From NCBI GenBank assembly GCA_034530875.2, contig JAVRCJ020000016.1, positions 131,984 through 195,983 of the forward strand: a stretch of DNA of 64,000 bases, written 5' to 3'. This document shows positions 51,030 through 61,096 of this stretch, in pieces. This stretch comes from Nostoc sp. DedSLP01 (GTDB taxonomy: Bacteria; Cyanobacteriota; Cyanobacteriia; Cyanobacteriales; Nostocaceae). The notes under the pieces were generated by a model, which did not search any database, was not told where the DNA came from, and worked only from the letters and a program-made list of their open reading frames with translations. A program made the translations under genes and the position numbers. Within the stretch, counting starts at the first letter, position 1, and each line of letters opens with the position of its first letter.

Positions 51030-51086
51030 TGTTGTTTATCAAGTAATATTTAAGTTTCAAAAATTCCGAATTTTATATAGAGTTTA

Positions 51087-52403
51087 TTAGTTAAGCATGA
51101 GAATAGACCTCATCTGAATCTTAAATATTTTGCGTGTCTTGGGATGAGTGGCATTAGCTAAAACAGAGCCGACTGCATAAGATATTACTGTAGCGATCGC
51201 CGCACCAACTCCAATGTATCTGGGAATGAGTAATAGGTTTAAAATCACATTAATAATTGCCCCCATCAAACTTCTGCGTAGGGAAAGGTGAGTTAAATTT
51301 TCGGAAACAAACCAGGGTGATGCAGCTAAACCAACGAAGTAAAATAAAGAAGCCCAGATATGAATTGTTAACACTTGTCCGGCAGCTGCATAGCCATCCC
51401 CAAATAGCAGCGTAATTATCGTCCCGGATAGGAATGACATTGGTAAAGCGATCGCAATCGCAATTACTACCATCAGACGCATTAATCGCTTGATGTGCTG
51501 ATAGTAAAGTTCTTCACTACTTTGCTTTGCTGAAAAGATTGCTGGAGATACTGAAGAGACTATCGCCGCGGGGATAAAATACCAAATTTCAGAAATACGC
51601 GCTGCGGCCGAGTAAATTCCTACAGCACTATCACCAACCATTTCCCCCAGCATAATCTGATCTATTTTCAAATAAATCAAAATTGTCACGCCAGAAAGAA
51701 TCAGAGGCCAACTCTCTTTCAAGAGAGTCTTGGCAATTGGAAAACTCCAACGCCACAAATATAAGGAGTTGCCCTTGATTTTATATACAAGCACCAACCC
51801 CATCGCACTTAGCCCAATCTCTGCTAATGCAGCCCAAGCAAAAGCAATCAATGGTGCTTGCATATTGAGCAAAATAACTTTTACCAGAGTGATAATTGCA
51901 AACGCTGTATTTTTGGCAATCACCGTGTATTTTGATTGCACTTGAGATTGAAACCAAAAATCAATCGTATCGAAAGCCTGAAAAATTCCACCTGCTGCAA
52001 AAATTGCTACTAGCGTGATGGTTAAATTGTCATTCTGGCGAAATACAGATATGAAGGCAACTGCTAACAATAAAGAACCAACTCCACCGAACAATTTGAG
52101 CCAGAAAGTTGTCCCTAAAATTTGCTCTTTGCCCGATGAGTCATGCACAATATTCCGAACTACTAGGTTATCTAACCCTAGTGTGGCCAGCGGACTGAAT
52201 AAGACAACAAAAGCGGCGGCATAGTTAAAAAGACCATATTGCTGTACTCCCAAGTAGCGTGCAATCCAGACCCCCACAATTAAACCTGCGCCCATACGAA
52301 GGATGCGATCGGCAAACAACCAACCTGTATTTGCGACAATTGCGCGCAGACCAGAGTGAGATTTTAACAGTAATAACTTCTCAATTTTTAATTTACTTAG
52401 CAT
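51087..52403 (-). CDS. wzx: Polysaccharide flippase
   Basis: ARYLG..QYG, IDQIMLG, VGIYSAA, LNLLLIPRY..GAAIAT. Confidence 0.93.
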   Translation of the reverse strand: MLSKLKIEKLLLLKSHSGLRAIVANTGWLFADRILRMGAGLIVGVWIARYLGVQQYGLFNYAAAFVVLFSPLATLGLDNLVVRNIVHDSSGKEQILGTTFWLKLFGGVGSLLLAVAFISVFRQNDNLTITLVAIFAAGGIFQAFDTIDFWFQSQVQSKYTVIAKNTAFAIITLVKVILLNMQAPLIAFAWAALAEIGLSAMGLVLVYKIKGNSLYLWRWSFPIAKTLLKESWPLILSGVTILIYLKIDQIMLGEMVGDSAVGIYSAAARISEIWYFIPAAIVSSVSPAIFSAKQSSEELYYQHIKRLMRLMVVIAIAIALPMSFLSGTIITLLFGDGYAAAGQVLTIHIWASLFYFVGLAASPWFVSENLTHLSLRRSLMGAIINVILNLLLIPRYIGVGAAIATVISYAVGSVLANATHPKTRKIFKIQMRSILMLN

Positions 52404-52487
52404 TAAATCTCTAATTGTTGTGTTTTTACTCAAACATCTGTTGTCTCAAAAACTTAAGGCTTAATAGATTTAAACCTCAAGGTTTTT

Positions 52488-53588
52488 CTAATTTAGAGCT
52501 TCATGCAATAAATAATCTTTGGAAAATTGAATTTGTTGATTTAAATTATTTTTTTGGTCTTCTGTTAATAGCGGTACTAGCAAGTCGCGATCGCTTATTT
52601 TAAAATCGCTTGTTTTGCTCAAGTCTAACAATCTATTTTCTATCCCTAAAGGATTTAATATTTCTCGGATCTTAACTACTTTTTGCGGGTTACTAAAAGC
52701 AGTAAAAGGTTTATTAAAAATAATGGAAAATACTACTCCATGAAAAAAATTAGTGGCAACAAAAGATGCATTATAAAAATAACCTAGCCACTCTTCTGGA
52801 GCAGCATCAAATAAATTTAGCTTCAAAAATGGTTTTAAATACTTTTGTGGGAACCCCACGGAAATAATATCTAATCCTTCTTTATCCGATAATATTTTTA
52901 CATACTCGGCTTCTTTTTGATTCATATAACCATAAACTAGAATGTACTTACTCTTAATATCGTTAATTCTTAAGAGATTTTCATAATTCACTAAATTCAG
53001 TAATAATGTCGGATCGACAACTTTTTTAATATTCAAACCAGCTTGATTAATTAACGACAGACTATTATTATCTCTCACAGCAATTGCATGAAAGTCTTTT
53101 AATAAACTATGGATTTCTTCTTCATGTAAACCAAGAGTGTTTGTAGAGCCAAAACTAGCAGCATAACTAATTTTACGGGTCTCTTCTCCATTTATAAAAT
53201 TTATAAAATAAGGTTTATCTAAACCTCTTGGGCTATTTACATTCCATATTTCATCACTCCCACAAATCACAATGTCATAGGAATGTTTGTATTCATTTAA
53301 ACTTGTATCTGTATAAAATATTTTTTTACTCAGTTTTATATGCTTGCCTAAAAACTTAGACATATTTATCCTTTTTCTTCTAGCTTGTAGAAGCAGATTA
53401 GGATTTACCAAATAACGTGGATTATATAAATATCTTCTCTCTTCTAATCTAATTGATTTAGGTCTATAGTCAATAAATTCTACATCATGTCCGTGCATCA
53501 TTAAGAAATGAGATAAAGCATAAGCTTGTAATGATGCCCCATAGTTAGTTGTAAAATGATAAGTAATTATTCCGATTTTTAGAGACAT
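52488..53588 (-). CDS. Polysaccharide pyruvyl transferase family protein
   Basis: NYGASLQAYAL, GSDEIWN, SYAASFG, VRD, DPTLL, FHG. Confidence 0.92.
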   Translation of the reverse strand: MSLKIGIITYHFTTNYGASLQAYALSHFLMMHGHDVEFIDYRPKSIRLEERRYLYNPRYLVNPNLLLQARRKRINMSKFLGKHIKLSKKIFYTDTSLNEYKHSYDIVICGSDEIWNVNSPRGLDKPYFINFINGEETRKISYAASFGSTNTLGLHEEEIHSLLKDFHAIAVRDNNSLSLINQAGLNIKKVVDPTLLLNLVNYENLLRINDIKSKYILVYGYMNQKEAEYVKILSDKEGLDIISVGFPQKYLKPFLKLNLFDAAPEEWLGYFYNASFVATNFFHGVVFSIIFNKPFTAFSNPQKVVKIREILNPLGIENRLLDLSKTSDFKISDRDLLVPLLTEDQKNNLNQQIQFSKDYLLHEALN

Positions 53589-53712
53589 AATTTTTAGTAA
53601 TAAAATAGCTACTCTTCGCAGAATTGGGAATTATTTAACAATAAAATATGATTCAGGCTAGTATTCTTCGCTTTTATTTCAACTAAACTTGAAATGCTAA
53701 AAGCCACTAAAA

Positions 53713-54822
53713 CTATTTAACAATTAATACCTCATCAACTGCTTTGCGAGGAGATTGAGCAACTTTCAATTCTTCAGGCAGATGACCAACTGCAATCATC
53801 ATAATGATAGACTCTGAATCTTTAATGTTTGTGACTTGTTTGAGTGCCTTATCAACAGAGTATTCAACACTCCAATTCAAACAACACGTTCCCAAACCTA
53901 GAGAATGAAGGGCATAAACCAAAGACATAGCATACATACCGCCATCAATCCAGCATTGATTTCGCTCTCCCATTAAGGTAAAGTTTTCTAGGTCAGATAC
54001 AACAATTAAAACTTTACTAGCTTGGTCGCCAAAACCCCGGTTACCACTCTGATAACTCAAAACTTTTTGCTTATCTTCATCGCTACTAAATACATAAACC
54101 TTCGATGACTGTCGATTGCAAACTGATGGAGTTTTTTGAGCCATAGCAACCGCCTGTTCAATCAAACACATATCAACTTCTTCGGGTGCGAAGTGTCGGA
54201 TACTGTGTCTCGATTGAAAGAAACGTCGAAGATCTATACGAGAATCATCAAGAATAGACTTCTTGTTTAATTTAAAAATACCTCCTTCATCTGTACTATT
54301 GCTGTAGGTAGGAATTGCTTGTTTCAACTTGAGTATTGATTCATATAGTTGTTCGTCTTTGAAACCATGTTCCAAGTTAAAAGAATAGTAAGCTAAGAGG
54401 GCATTTAGTGTGATTTGTACAGTTTCATCAAAACCGTATTTTTTTAGATAGATAGGCAAGTTAGATAAAAGCCTTTGAATAACTTCCCTGCCAAAACCAA
54501 CTCTTGGCTCTTTCATTGCTAACCCTTTCTCAATGCTGTGGTAATCAATTGTCATTCGAGCCTGGAATTGGGTTTTTGTTTCGACTTGCAAATTGGTTGC
54601 AGGGTGTTTGACGCTGACTGATGAGTTTCTGACAAATCGCCCGAAATCATAAGCATAATTTGATAAAAGTTTTGGTATGAAGGTCAGACGCCATCGTTGA
54701 AGATTTAGCTTGGATCTCACGTCTGATGAAATGAATTTTTTCAGAATTTTTTTGATTTGAAACTTCCAATTTTTGGGGCGAATATCGGTTATCAAACTGG
54801 GAAATACTTGTGATTTTGACAT
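53713..54822 (-). CDS. Nitroreductase-family protein with N-terminal extension
   Basis: RHSIRHF, TPSVCNRQ, GLGTCCLNW; N-terminal HSIEKGL region. Confidence 0.88.
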   Translation of the reverse strand: MSKSQVFPSLITDIRPKNWKFQIKKILKKFISSDVRSKLNLQRWRLTFIPKLLSNYAYDFGRFVRNSSVSVKHPATNLQVETKTQFQARMTIDYHSIEKGLAMKEPRVGFGREVIQRLLSNLPIYLKKYGFDETVQITLNALLAYYSFNLEHGFKDEQLYESILKLKQAIPTYSNSTDEGGIFKLNKKSILDDSRIDLRRFFQSRHSIRHFAPEEVDMCLIEQAVAMAQKTPSVCNRQSSKVYVFSSDEDKQKVLSYQSGNRGFGDQASKVLIVVSDLENFTLMGERNQCWIDGGMYAMSLVYALHSLGLGTCCLNWSVEYSVDKALKQVTNIKDSESIIMMIAVGHLPEELKVAQSPRKAVDEVLIVK

Positions 54823-54910
54823 CTCTAGTTGGAAAATAGGGACTAGGAAGTAGTGAGAAAATCTTTTTAATGTTTAGTTGTCAAGTTCTTATGCAATTAG
54901 GACAGCTAAC

Positions 54911-57094
54911 TCAAACAACTTGTTTGTTTTTTTTCTTGTTCGGTGACAAATTCGACTCAACTGATTCTCTGGAGTAGTAGAAGTAACTATCAGGCTCTCG
55001 TTTGATATTCACACCATTAATTACCATCCCTAAAACTTGTTGCCCTGACTGCCTGAGAAATTCTTTAGCTGCATTGGCAGTGTCATAGTTAATTACTCCA
55101 GGACGAACTACCAACAAGATACCGTCAACTAACTTGCTTAAAACGGCCGCATCTGGTATGCCTGCGAGGGGAGGAGTATCGAAAATTAGAAAATCGTACT
55201 TCTGTGTAAAATAACCAACTAGTTTCGCCATCCTCTGGGAATCTAACAGCACTGCTGGGTTGGGAGGTACAACTCCAGAAGGCAAAACGTAGAGCTTTGG
55301 CATTACTTGCTGTATAGCTACATTGAGAGGAACTTGGTCAATCATTACATTTGATAGACCGACTGCATTGGTCATTTGCCAAATATGATGCTGCACTGGA
55401 TGGCGCATATTGGCATCTACTAGTAGTACTCGCTGTCCCAACTGAGCCATTGCTACAGCTAAATTTGCAGCTACCTCAGATTTTCCTTCTTTAGATACAG
55501 AACTAGTAACAACGATCGCTTTTAGTTTTTTATCCGAATTGAGAAATTGTAAGTTGGCTTGCAACATTTGGTATGCATCGCCAACAGGATGTTGGGGAAT
55601 ATCTTTGCCAATGATTCTAGGAATTTGTTGCTCTGGAGAATTCTTTTTCAAATTCTTACCGACTGAAGGAATTACTCCTAGCAAAGTATATTGGAACAAT
55701 TGTCTAGCTTCTTTAACTGTTTTCACCGAGCTATCAATGAGATCTAAAGTGAAGGCAGCAAGAATGCCAAGCATCAAACCAATAACTCCACCCCCTAATA
55801 TAAATAGACCTTTGCGAGGGCCAGTAGGATCGTCTGGTACTAAGGCTGAGGAAATGATGCGAGCATTCCCAATATTTTGATTTTCTGCTACCTGGACTTC
55901 TTGCAGTTTTGTTAAAAGTGCTTCGTAAGTTGTTTGAGCCGCTTTCAATTTGCGCTCGAGTTGGCGCTGAGTTTGTTCGAGCCTGGGTAAAACATTTGCT
56001 CGTTCTTTGTAAGCAAGCCACTTATTAGATAGGGTAGCAATTTGTTGGGCTAAACCAGCCTGTTCTGTCTCAGTGCGAGCAAAATCTTGAATCAGGTTTT
56101 GCCGTAGTTCTCCAATCTGTAAATTTTTTACCTGAATTTGCCGATCGCCACCTATGTTGCGGTTAATGCGACTTTGTAGTAATTTGTTGAGACCGGCAAT
56201 TTTTTCTCGCAAGTTAATGATGTTCGGGTGGGTTGGCTGCAAACGAGTCTGCTCAACTGTCAACTCATTTTGCGCTTCTTGAAGTTGAGTCAGGACTTGT
56301 TGAATTCCAGGTATTTGACTCAATGAGGCAAAACTCACAGATTTTTGCGAATCAATAGTTGCCTGATTTCGCAATTGTTTTACTCGAGCACTGGCATTAA
56401 AATATTGAGCTTGGGCTTGAGAAATTTGCTTTTCTAAATCAGAAATAGTTTCGACTGCTAGAGATGCCTCTGCTTCTAGAGAAATTATTTTATTTTCCTC
56501 TTTAAATTTACGCAAGTTTGACTCCGCTTCTTTCACGGCGGCTTCAGTTGTCGGTATTTCTTGCCGGATAAACTTCCGCGCTGAAGCTGCTTCTGCCCGA
56601 TTAGCTTCGATATTATTTCTGATATAAACTTGCATCAGTTGGTTAACAACTTCGGCAGCTAAAACTGGATCTTTGTCTGTATAAGAAACTTGTAGAATCT
56701 CTGTTCCTTTAGCATTTTCTATCTTAAGTTTTTCTAAAAAATCCTGAATTTTCAAAGGTTTGCCTTCTGGATCTTTCAAGTTTAGCGTATTAATAGTTTC
56801 TTGAAGAACTGGAACAGATGCTACTATCCTTGCTTGGGTTTCTAAAGGATTATTTGTAATAGTTAAAGCTTCTAATTTGCCGATCGCTTCGCCAAGACCG
56901 GTTAGCGAGGAGGTTTCATTCGTTCTAATCAATAAACTTCCATCTGCTTTATATGATGGTTTTAATGAGAAGGCAAACAAGGACGCAGCGCCAGTCACTA
57001 TTAACCAAATGGCAAATGCAGGAAGCCAACGTCGTTGTAAAACGAGAAGATATTTTTGAAAATCTATCTCTTCAGAGTTTGCTTTAGTCTCCAT
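54911..57094 (-). CDS. wzc: Polysaccharide co-polymerase / tyrosine autokinase
   Basis: Two TMs around a coiled coil, Walker A SKEGKS, DTPP, C-terminal SYFYY. Confidence 0.93.
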   Translation of the reverse strand: METKANSEEIDFQKYLLVLQRRWLPAFAIWLIVTGAASLFAFSLKPSYKADGSLLIRTNETSSLTGLGEAIGKLEALTITNNPLETQARIVASVPVLQETINTLNLKDPEGKPLKIQDFLEKLKIENAKGTEILQVSYTDKDPVLAAEVVNQLMQVYIRNNIEANRAEAASARKFIRQEIPTTEAAVKEAESNLRKFKEENKIISLEAEASLAVETISDLEKQISQAQAQYFNASARVKQLRNQATIDSQKSVSFASLSQIPGIQQVLTQLQEAQNELTVEQTRLQPTHPNIINLREKIAGLNKLLQSRINRNIGGDRQIQVKNLQIGELRQNLIQDFARTETEQAGLAQQIATLSNKWLAYKERANVLPRLEQTQRQLERKLKAAQTTYEALLTKLQEVQVAENQNIGNARIISSALVPDDPTGPRKGLFILGGGVIGLMLGILAAFTLDLIDSSVKTVKEARQLFQYTLLGVIPSVGKNLKKNSPEQQIPRIIGKDIPQHPVGDAYQMLQANLQFLNSDKKLKAIVVTSSVSKEGKSEVAANLAVAMAQLGQRVLLVDANMRHPVQHHIWQMTNAVGLSNVMIDQVPLNVAIQQVMPKLYVLPSGVVPPNPAVLLDSQRMAKLVGYFTQKYDFLIFDTPPLAGIPDAAVLSKLVDGILLVVRPGVINYDTANAAKEFLRQSGQQVLGMVINGVNIKREPDSYFYYSRESVESNLSPNKKKNKQVV

Positions 57095-57220
57095 GATGGC
57101 AAGATTATTGATTGTATTGGTATATTCAAACAAAACTGCTCGGGCAGCTTTTAGCTATTGAGGCTAGGAATGGTAAGGTATGGAGTTTGATTAGTTGAAA
57201 ATTGCCATAATTGAAACTTT

Positions 57221-57637
57221 TTACCCAAAATCCTTAGTGCAGATAGATTTTACTGTTCGCGCTTGCCTTTTTGTAAACTCTCCTACGGAAGGATTGCCTT
57301 CGGGGTGAATTACACCACTTGCTTGTTGCCACAGTTGTGGTGGTGCGGGCGCTACTTTATATGTGCGATCGCATTTTTTAACGTGATACCACTTTGTTTG
57401 CTGACAGCGATCGCACCAAAATTCTTCTAACCACTCTCCTTCTAAAGGAATAGCTGTTTTCGTTGCCACTAAAATTAGTGCGTTCTGACGCCCTATTCCC
57501 CTTTGTTGGAGTTGTCCGGCTCGATCTGCATACAATTTATACTTTGGACTCACACTATCCAAATAGCATCCGTGAATTGGGCAATAAATAGCTCGTCGCT
57601 TAGAACGTTTCCGGTTTTGGTTACACTTATTCTGCAA
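57221..57637 (-). CDS. Hypothetical protein with CPIH and CxxC motifs at the head of the EPS cluster
   Basis: 138-aa TTG-start ORF with in-frame HIP1 sites and protein-like composition. Confidence 0.7.
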   Translation of the reverse strand: MQNKCNQNRKRSKRRAIYCPIHGCYLDSVSPKYKLYADRAGQLQQRGIGRQNALILVATKTAIPLEGEWLEEFWCDRCQQTKWYHVKKCDRTYKVAPAPPQLWQQASGVIHPEGNPSVGEFTKRQARTVKSICTKDFG

Positions 57638-57888
57638 TTAGACCCCACTCTTTGGTAGACACACCATTAATAAGGTTCTGCTGGAGAGACTGAGATATAA
57701 ATATCATCGAAGCCCACTCCTAAATCAAACATCAGCTATTTAATTACAGTCAAAATATTTTGATTAATTACTAATTCTGATTGTCTGCTTATTTTATTTT
57801 CTTTTTTATTCTCTAAAAAAAGAAGAAAATAAAATTCTATCTCAAGACTTAACTCTATTTAGGGAACTCCAACAAATAAATTATCCAA

Positions 57889-57953
57889 TCTTGTGGGTAG
57901 GCGGTTTAGCCGGCTCGACTCACAGGACGGGCGAGACGCCCCATCCTACAAGA
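57889..57953. repeat. REP-like GC-rich palindromic element
   Basis: TCTTGTGGG...CCTACAAGA ends with an internal GGGCGAGACGCCC hairpin. Confidence 0.55.
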
Positions 57954-58977
57954 AATATTGACATATTTTATTACTTGTAAGTCTCTTATAAATAGGCTAA
58001 TTCTAGATTAATTGCAATCATTCAGGTGTCCATTTTTGAGAAATTCCTTACTTAATATTTCGGATTTTTCGTAAAAGTAACTAGTACAAGCAAGGAAAAG
58101 TAAAACAAGCTTTTTACCGATCCCAGATGGCAAATTTGTTTTAGCCATGATGTACTAGTGACGAATGACACTTGCTGAAATTAGATTTAGATCCTCGACT
58201 TTATTCAACAACTGAAGGATCTGAGCAGCAACTTTTATTTAATCGTAACTAGAACTGGAAATGAGAGATTAGCAACCATTCTTGATATGTTCGAGCAATC
58301 GATAATTTTTCTATGAATAAAGTAATTTTCTCTCAACATATCGAGAATGATTGTTAACTGGGTTTTCAGTGGGAAAAATATGTTCAAAATTTTGGCAGAT
58401 GCCAAATCTGAGAACAATTTTTCACTAGCCACTACCAAGATAGAGGATGTACCAACAATTAACATCGTAAAGTTTACCGTTGCGCCTCCTTTGGTATAGT
58501 GGGGTCTTTGGCTCGTAGCCTTATGGAAGCTAGCGATCGCCGCGACCAGTCAATCTAAATTTTAAGATATTGCCACTGCCCGATCGATTTACTGAAATTA
58601 ACTAAGTATTGGCAGTGTAAATACTTAAGGAATAATTTAATCTTTTTCCCTTAAGTAAAGTACCACATAGTCTTATTCTCAGAATATAAACTTTTGTTAA
58701 GATTATTAGAGATTAATTATAACGATAAAAGCGATCGCACACCCCTATAGACAATAGGGAGATCGTGTGTTACATAGAAATACGTAAAAAACAAAACTAT
58801 ATAAAGAAAAATAAAATAGGCTAAAACTTGCCTCTCTCTAGGCTGCTGCTGCCTACTTGTGCTTTCTCGTAAAGAATAAATATTCACACCGACCCATTTA
58901 CGGGATAGCACGCTCTAGTATTGTTCTAATGCTCCGGTAAAATCTGGTTAGCGAACGCGCTATACCCTGTTTTCAAA

Positions 58978-59769
58978 TCAATTAACCCCTCGGCTAGGTA
59001 ACTTAGTCCCACAGCTTTTACAAAATACAGCATCGACATCGTGGAAAGCCAAACCACAGTTTGCACAAACTGTTTGTACTTGATTAGCTGTTTTCACCAC
59101 TTGTTTAATCAAATCTCCCACTTGCCAAGGAATCAGCGCAATCCCTGTAAAAATCATTAATACCGTTAGCGATCGCCCTAATTCCGAAATTGGGATCACA
59201 TCGCCAAATCCGACAGTTGTCATTGTGACAACAGAGAAATAAAATGCATCCAAAAACGTAGCATATTTTTCAGGATTAACCGGATGCTCGACTTGATAAA
59301 TTAAGCCAGAGTAAACAAAAACGATTGCAAATAATGTAAATAATATTCGGGCAAAAATCAGACCATCTTCGGTGCTGATACTGGCAAATAAATATTTTCT
59401 ATCGATAAATCTGATTAATCGTAAAATCCGGAACCATCTCAGAAGACGGATAAATCTGATATCTACTACTCCTAAAAATAGCGGCAAAATTGCCATTAAA
59501 TCAATAATTGAATAAAAGCTAAAAATATACTTAATTTTATTTTCTGCACTCCAAAGGCGGAGTGAATATTCTATTAGGAAGATAATGGCGATCGCAGTAT
59601 CAGCTACGCTCAGCTGAAAGCGAACAGAATCGGGAATATTATAAGTCTCTGCAACAAAAATTCCTGATGAAATTAGCACTAATACTGCAAGTGCTAAATT
59701 AATGGCTTGGCCTAATGGTGTTTCCAAATCTTGTAAGTAAAAATCTGTGTTTTCTCTAGTCAGTAACAT
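58978..59769 (-). CDS. Voltage-gated-type potassium channel with C-terminal zinc ribbon
   Basis: TMTTVGFGD filter, Arg-rich S4, CANC...CKSC. Confidence 0.94.
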   Translation of the reverse strand: MLLTRENTDFYLQDLETPLGQAINLALAVLVLISSGIFVAETYNIPDSVRFQLSVADTAIAIIFLIEYSLRLWSAENKIKYIFSFYSIIDLMAILPLFLGVVDIRFIRLLRWFRILRLIRFIDRKYLFASISTEDGLIFARILFTLFAIVFVYSGLIYQVEHPVNPEKYATFLDAFYFSVVTMTTVGFGDVIPISELGRSLTVLMIFTGIALIPWQVGDLIKQVVKTANQVQTVCANCGLAFHDVDAVFCKSCGTKLPSRGVN

Positions 59770-59839
59770 ATTCGACCGTTAACCAATTTTAATTCCTAGT
59801 TATAGCATTAGAAACGCGATATGATTAATCATTGTCTTC

Positions 59840-60283
59840 ATGTTATCTCCAGCTTATATGAACTCAGAAGATTTTATGCGTTTGGCATTAGCAGAAGCTG
59901 AAAAAGGTGATGCACCTTATGGTGCGGCGATTGTTAAAGATAATGAAGTTGTTGCCGTAGCTCATAATACTGTCATCACAGACAACGATCCATCAGCCCA
60001 TGCAGAAATCAATGCCATTCGTAGTTTAACAGCTCAACTTAAAAGCCCCTCTTTAGAAGGTTATAGCATATATACAACTGGCGAACCTTGTCCGATGTGC
60101 GCAACTGCTTGCGTTTGGAGTGGTTTATCAGAAATTGTATATGCTGCCTCAATTGAAGATTTAATTTCAGTTAATCAATCACAAATTAATATATCTTGCG
60201 AACAAGTGATTGCTCGCTCATTTAAAAAGATAAAAGTCACCAAAGGTATTTTAAGAAATGAGTGTTTGCAATTATTTAAATAA
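59840..60283 (+). CDS. Nucleoside/guanine deaminase (cytidine deaminase fold)
   Basis: HAE and PCPMC zinc motifs. Confidence 0.93.
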   Translation: MLSPAYMNSEDFMRLALAEAEKGDAPYGAAIVKDNEVVAVAHNTVITDNDPSAHAEINAIRSLTAQLKSPSLEGYSIYTTGEPCPMCATACVWSGLSEIVYAASIEDLISVNQSQINISCEQVIARSFKKIKVTKGILRNECLQLFK

Positions 60284-60433
60284 ATTGCACGATATGAATT
60301 TATAACCACAATTTTTTCTCAACTTTGCAGAGATAAGCAACAATTTTTGCTAAAGTCAGAGCGCTTATTATCTATGTTTGATAATTCGCAGCTTTCAAAA
60401 GTGTTGCCTGTTTGCCGTTCCCTGCTATAGAAA

Positions 60434-61096
60434 TTACGAATCATTTAAATAAGATAAATACGTATTTGCCCAAATTGCGGCTTGAGTGCGATCGCGTAAA
60501 TTCAATCTGTTTAAAATATTCGTCACATGATTTTTTACTGTTCCCTCAGAAATGTAGAGTTCCTGAGCAATTTCTCTGTTACTAGCGCCGGTAGCAATTA
60601 ACCGTAAAACCTCTTTTTCTCTAGGAGTAAGCTCATTTAAAATCGGCGGTACGGGTGGTGACTGAGTTAGTGTAGGTTGAGAAAATTGGGTCAACAGTTT
60701 TTTGACTATTCCGGGGCCTAATTGAGTGTATCCTTTATAAACAGCGCGAATAGCAACAGCTAATTCTTCTGAAGGCGTATCCTTTAATAAATAACCCATT
60801 GCCCCACTTTGTAAAGCGGCTGAAACATATTCATTATCATCAAAAGTTGTCAGTACTAAAATCTTCGTTTGGGGATAATGTTTTTGAATTTCCCGCGTGG
60901 CTGCAACTCCATCCATAATCGGCATTCTGATATCTAACAATACAACATCTGGGTGAAATTGGGCAACTAAATTAATCGCTTCTTCACCGTTTTCTGCTTC
61001 TCCTACTATTTCTAAATCTGGTTCTAGTTCCAATAAAGCTCTTAATCCTTGGCGAATTAAACTTTGGTCATCTACCAGCAATACTTTAATGCTCAT
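60434..61096 (-). CDS. NarL/LuxR-family response regulator
   Basis: REC domain plus LTPREKEVL...SNREIAQELYISEGTVKNH. Confidence 0.97.
   Translation of the reverse strand: MSIKVLLVDDQSLIRQGLRALLELEPDLEIVGEAENGEEAINLVAQFHPDVVLLDIRMPIMDGVAATREIQKHYPQTKILVLTTFDDNEYVSAALQSGAMGYLLKDTPSEELAVAIRAVYKGYTQLGPGIVKKLLTQFSQPTLTQSPPVPPILNELTPREKEVLRLIATGASNREIAQELYISEGTVKNHVTNILNRLNLRDRTQAAIWANTYLSYLNDS

Noticed and set aside
58235..58911. ORFs 58235-58465 and 58717-58911
   Set aside because: No recognisable motifs; the second overlaps a degenerate dispersed repeat.
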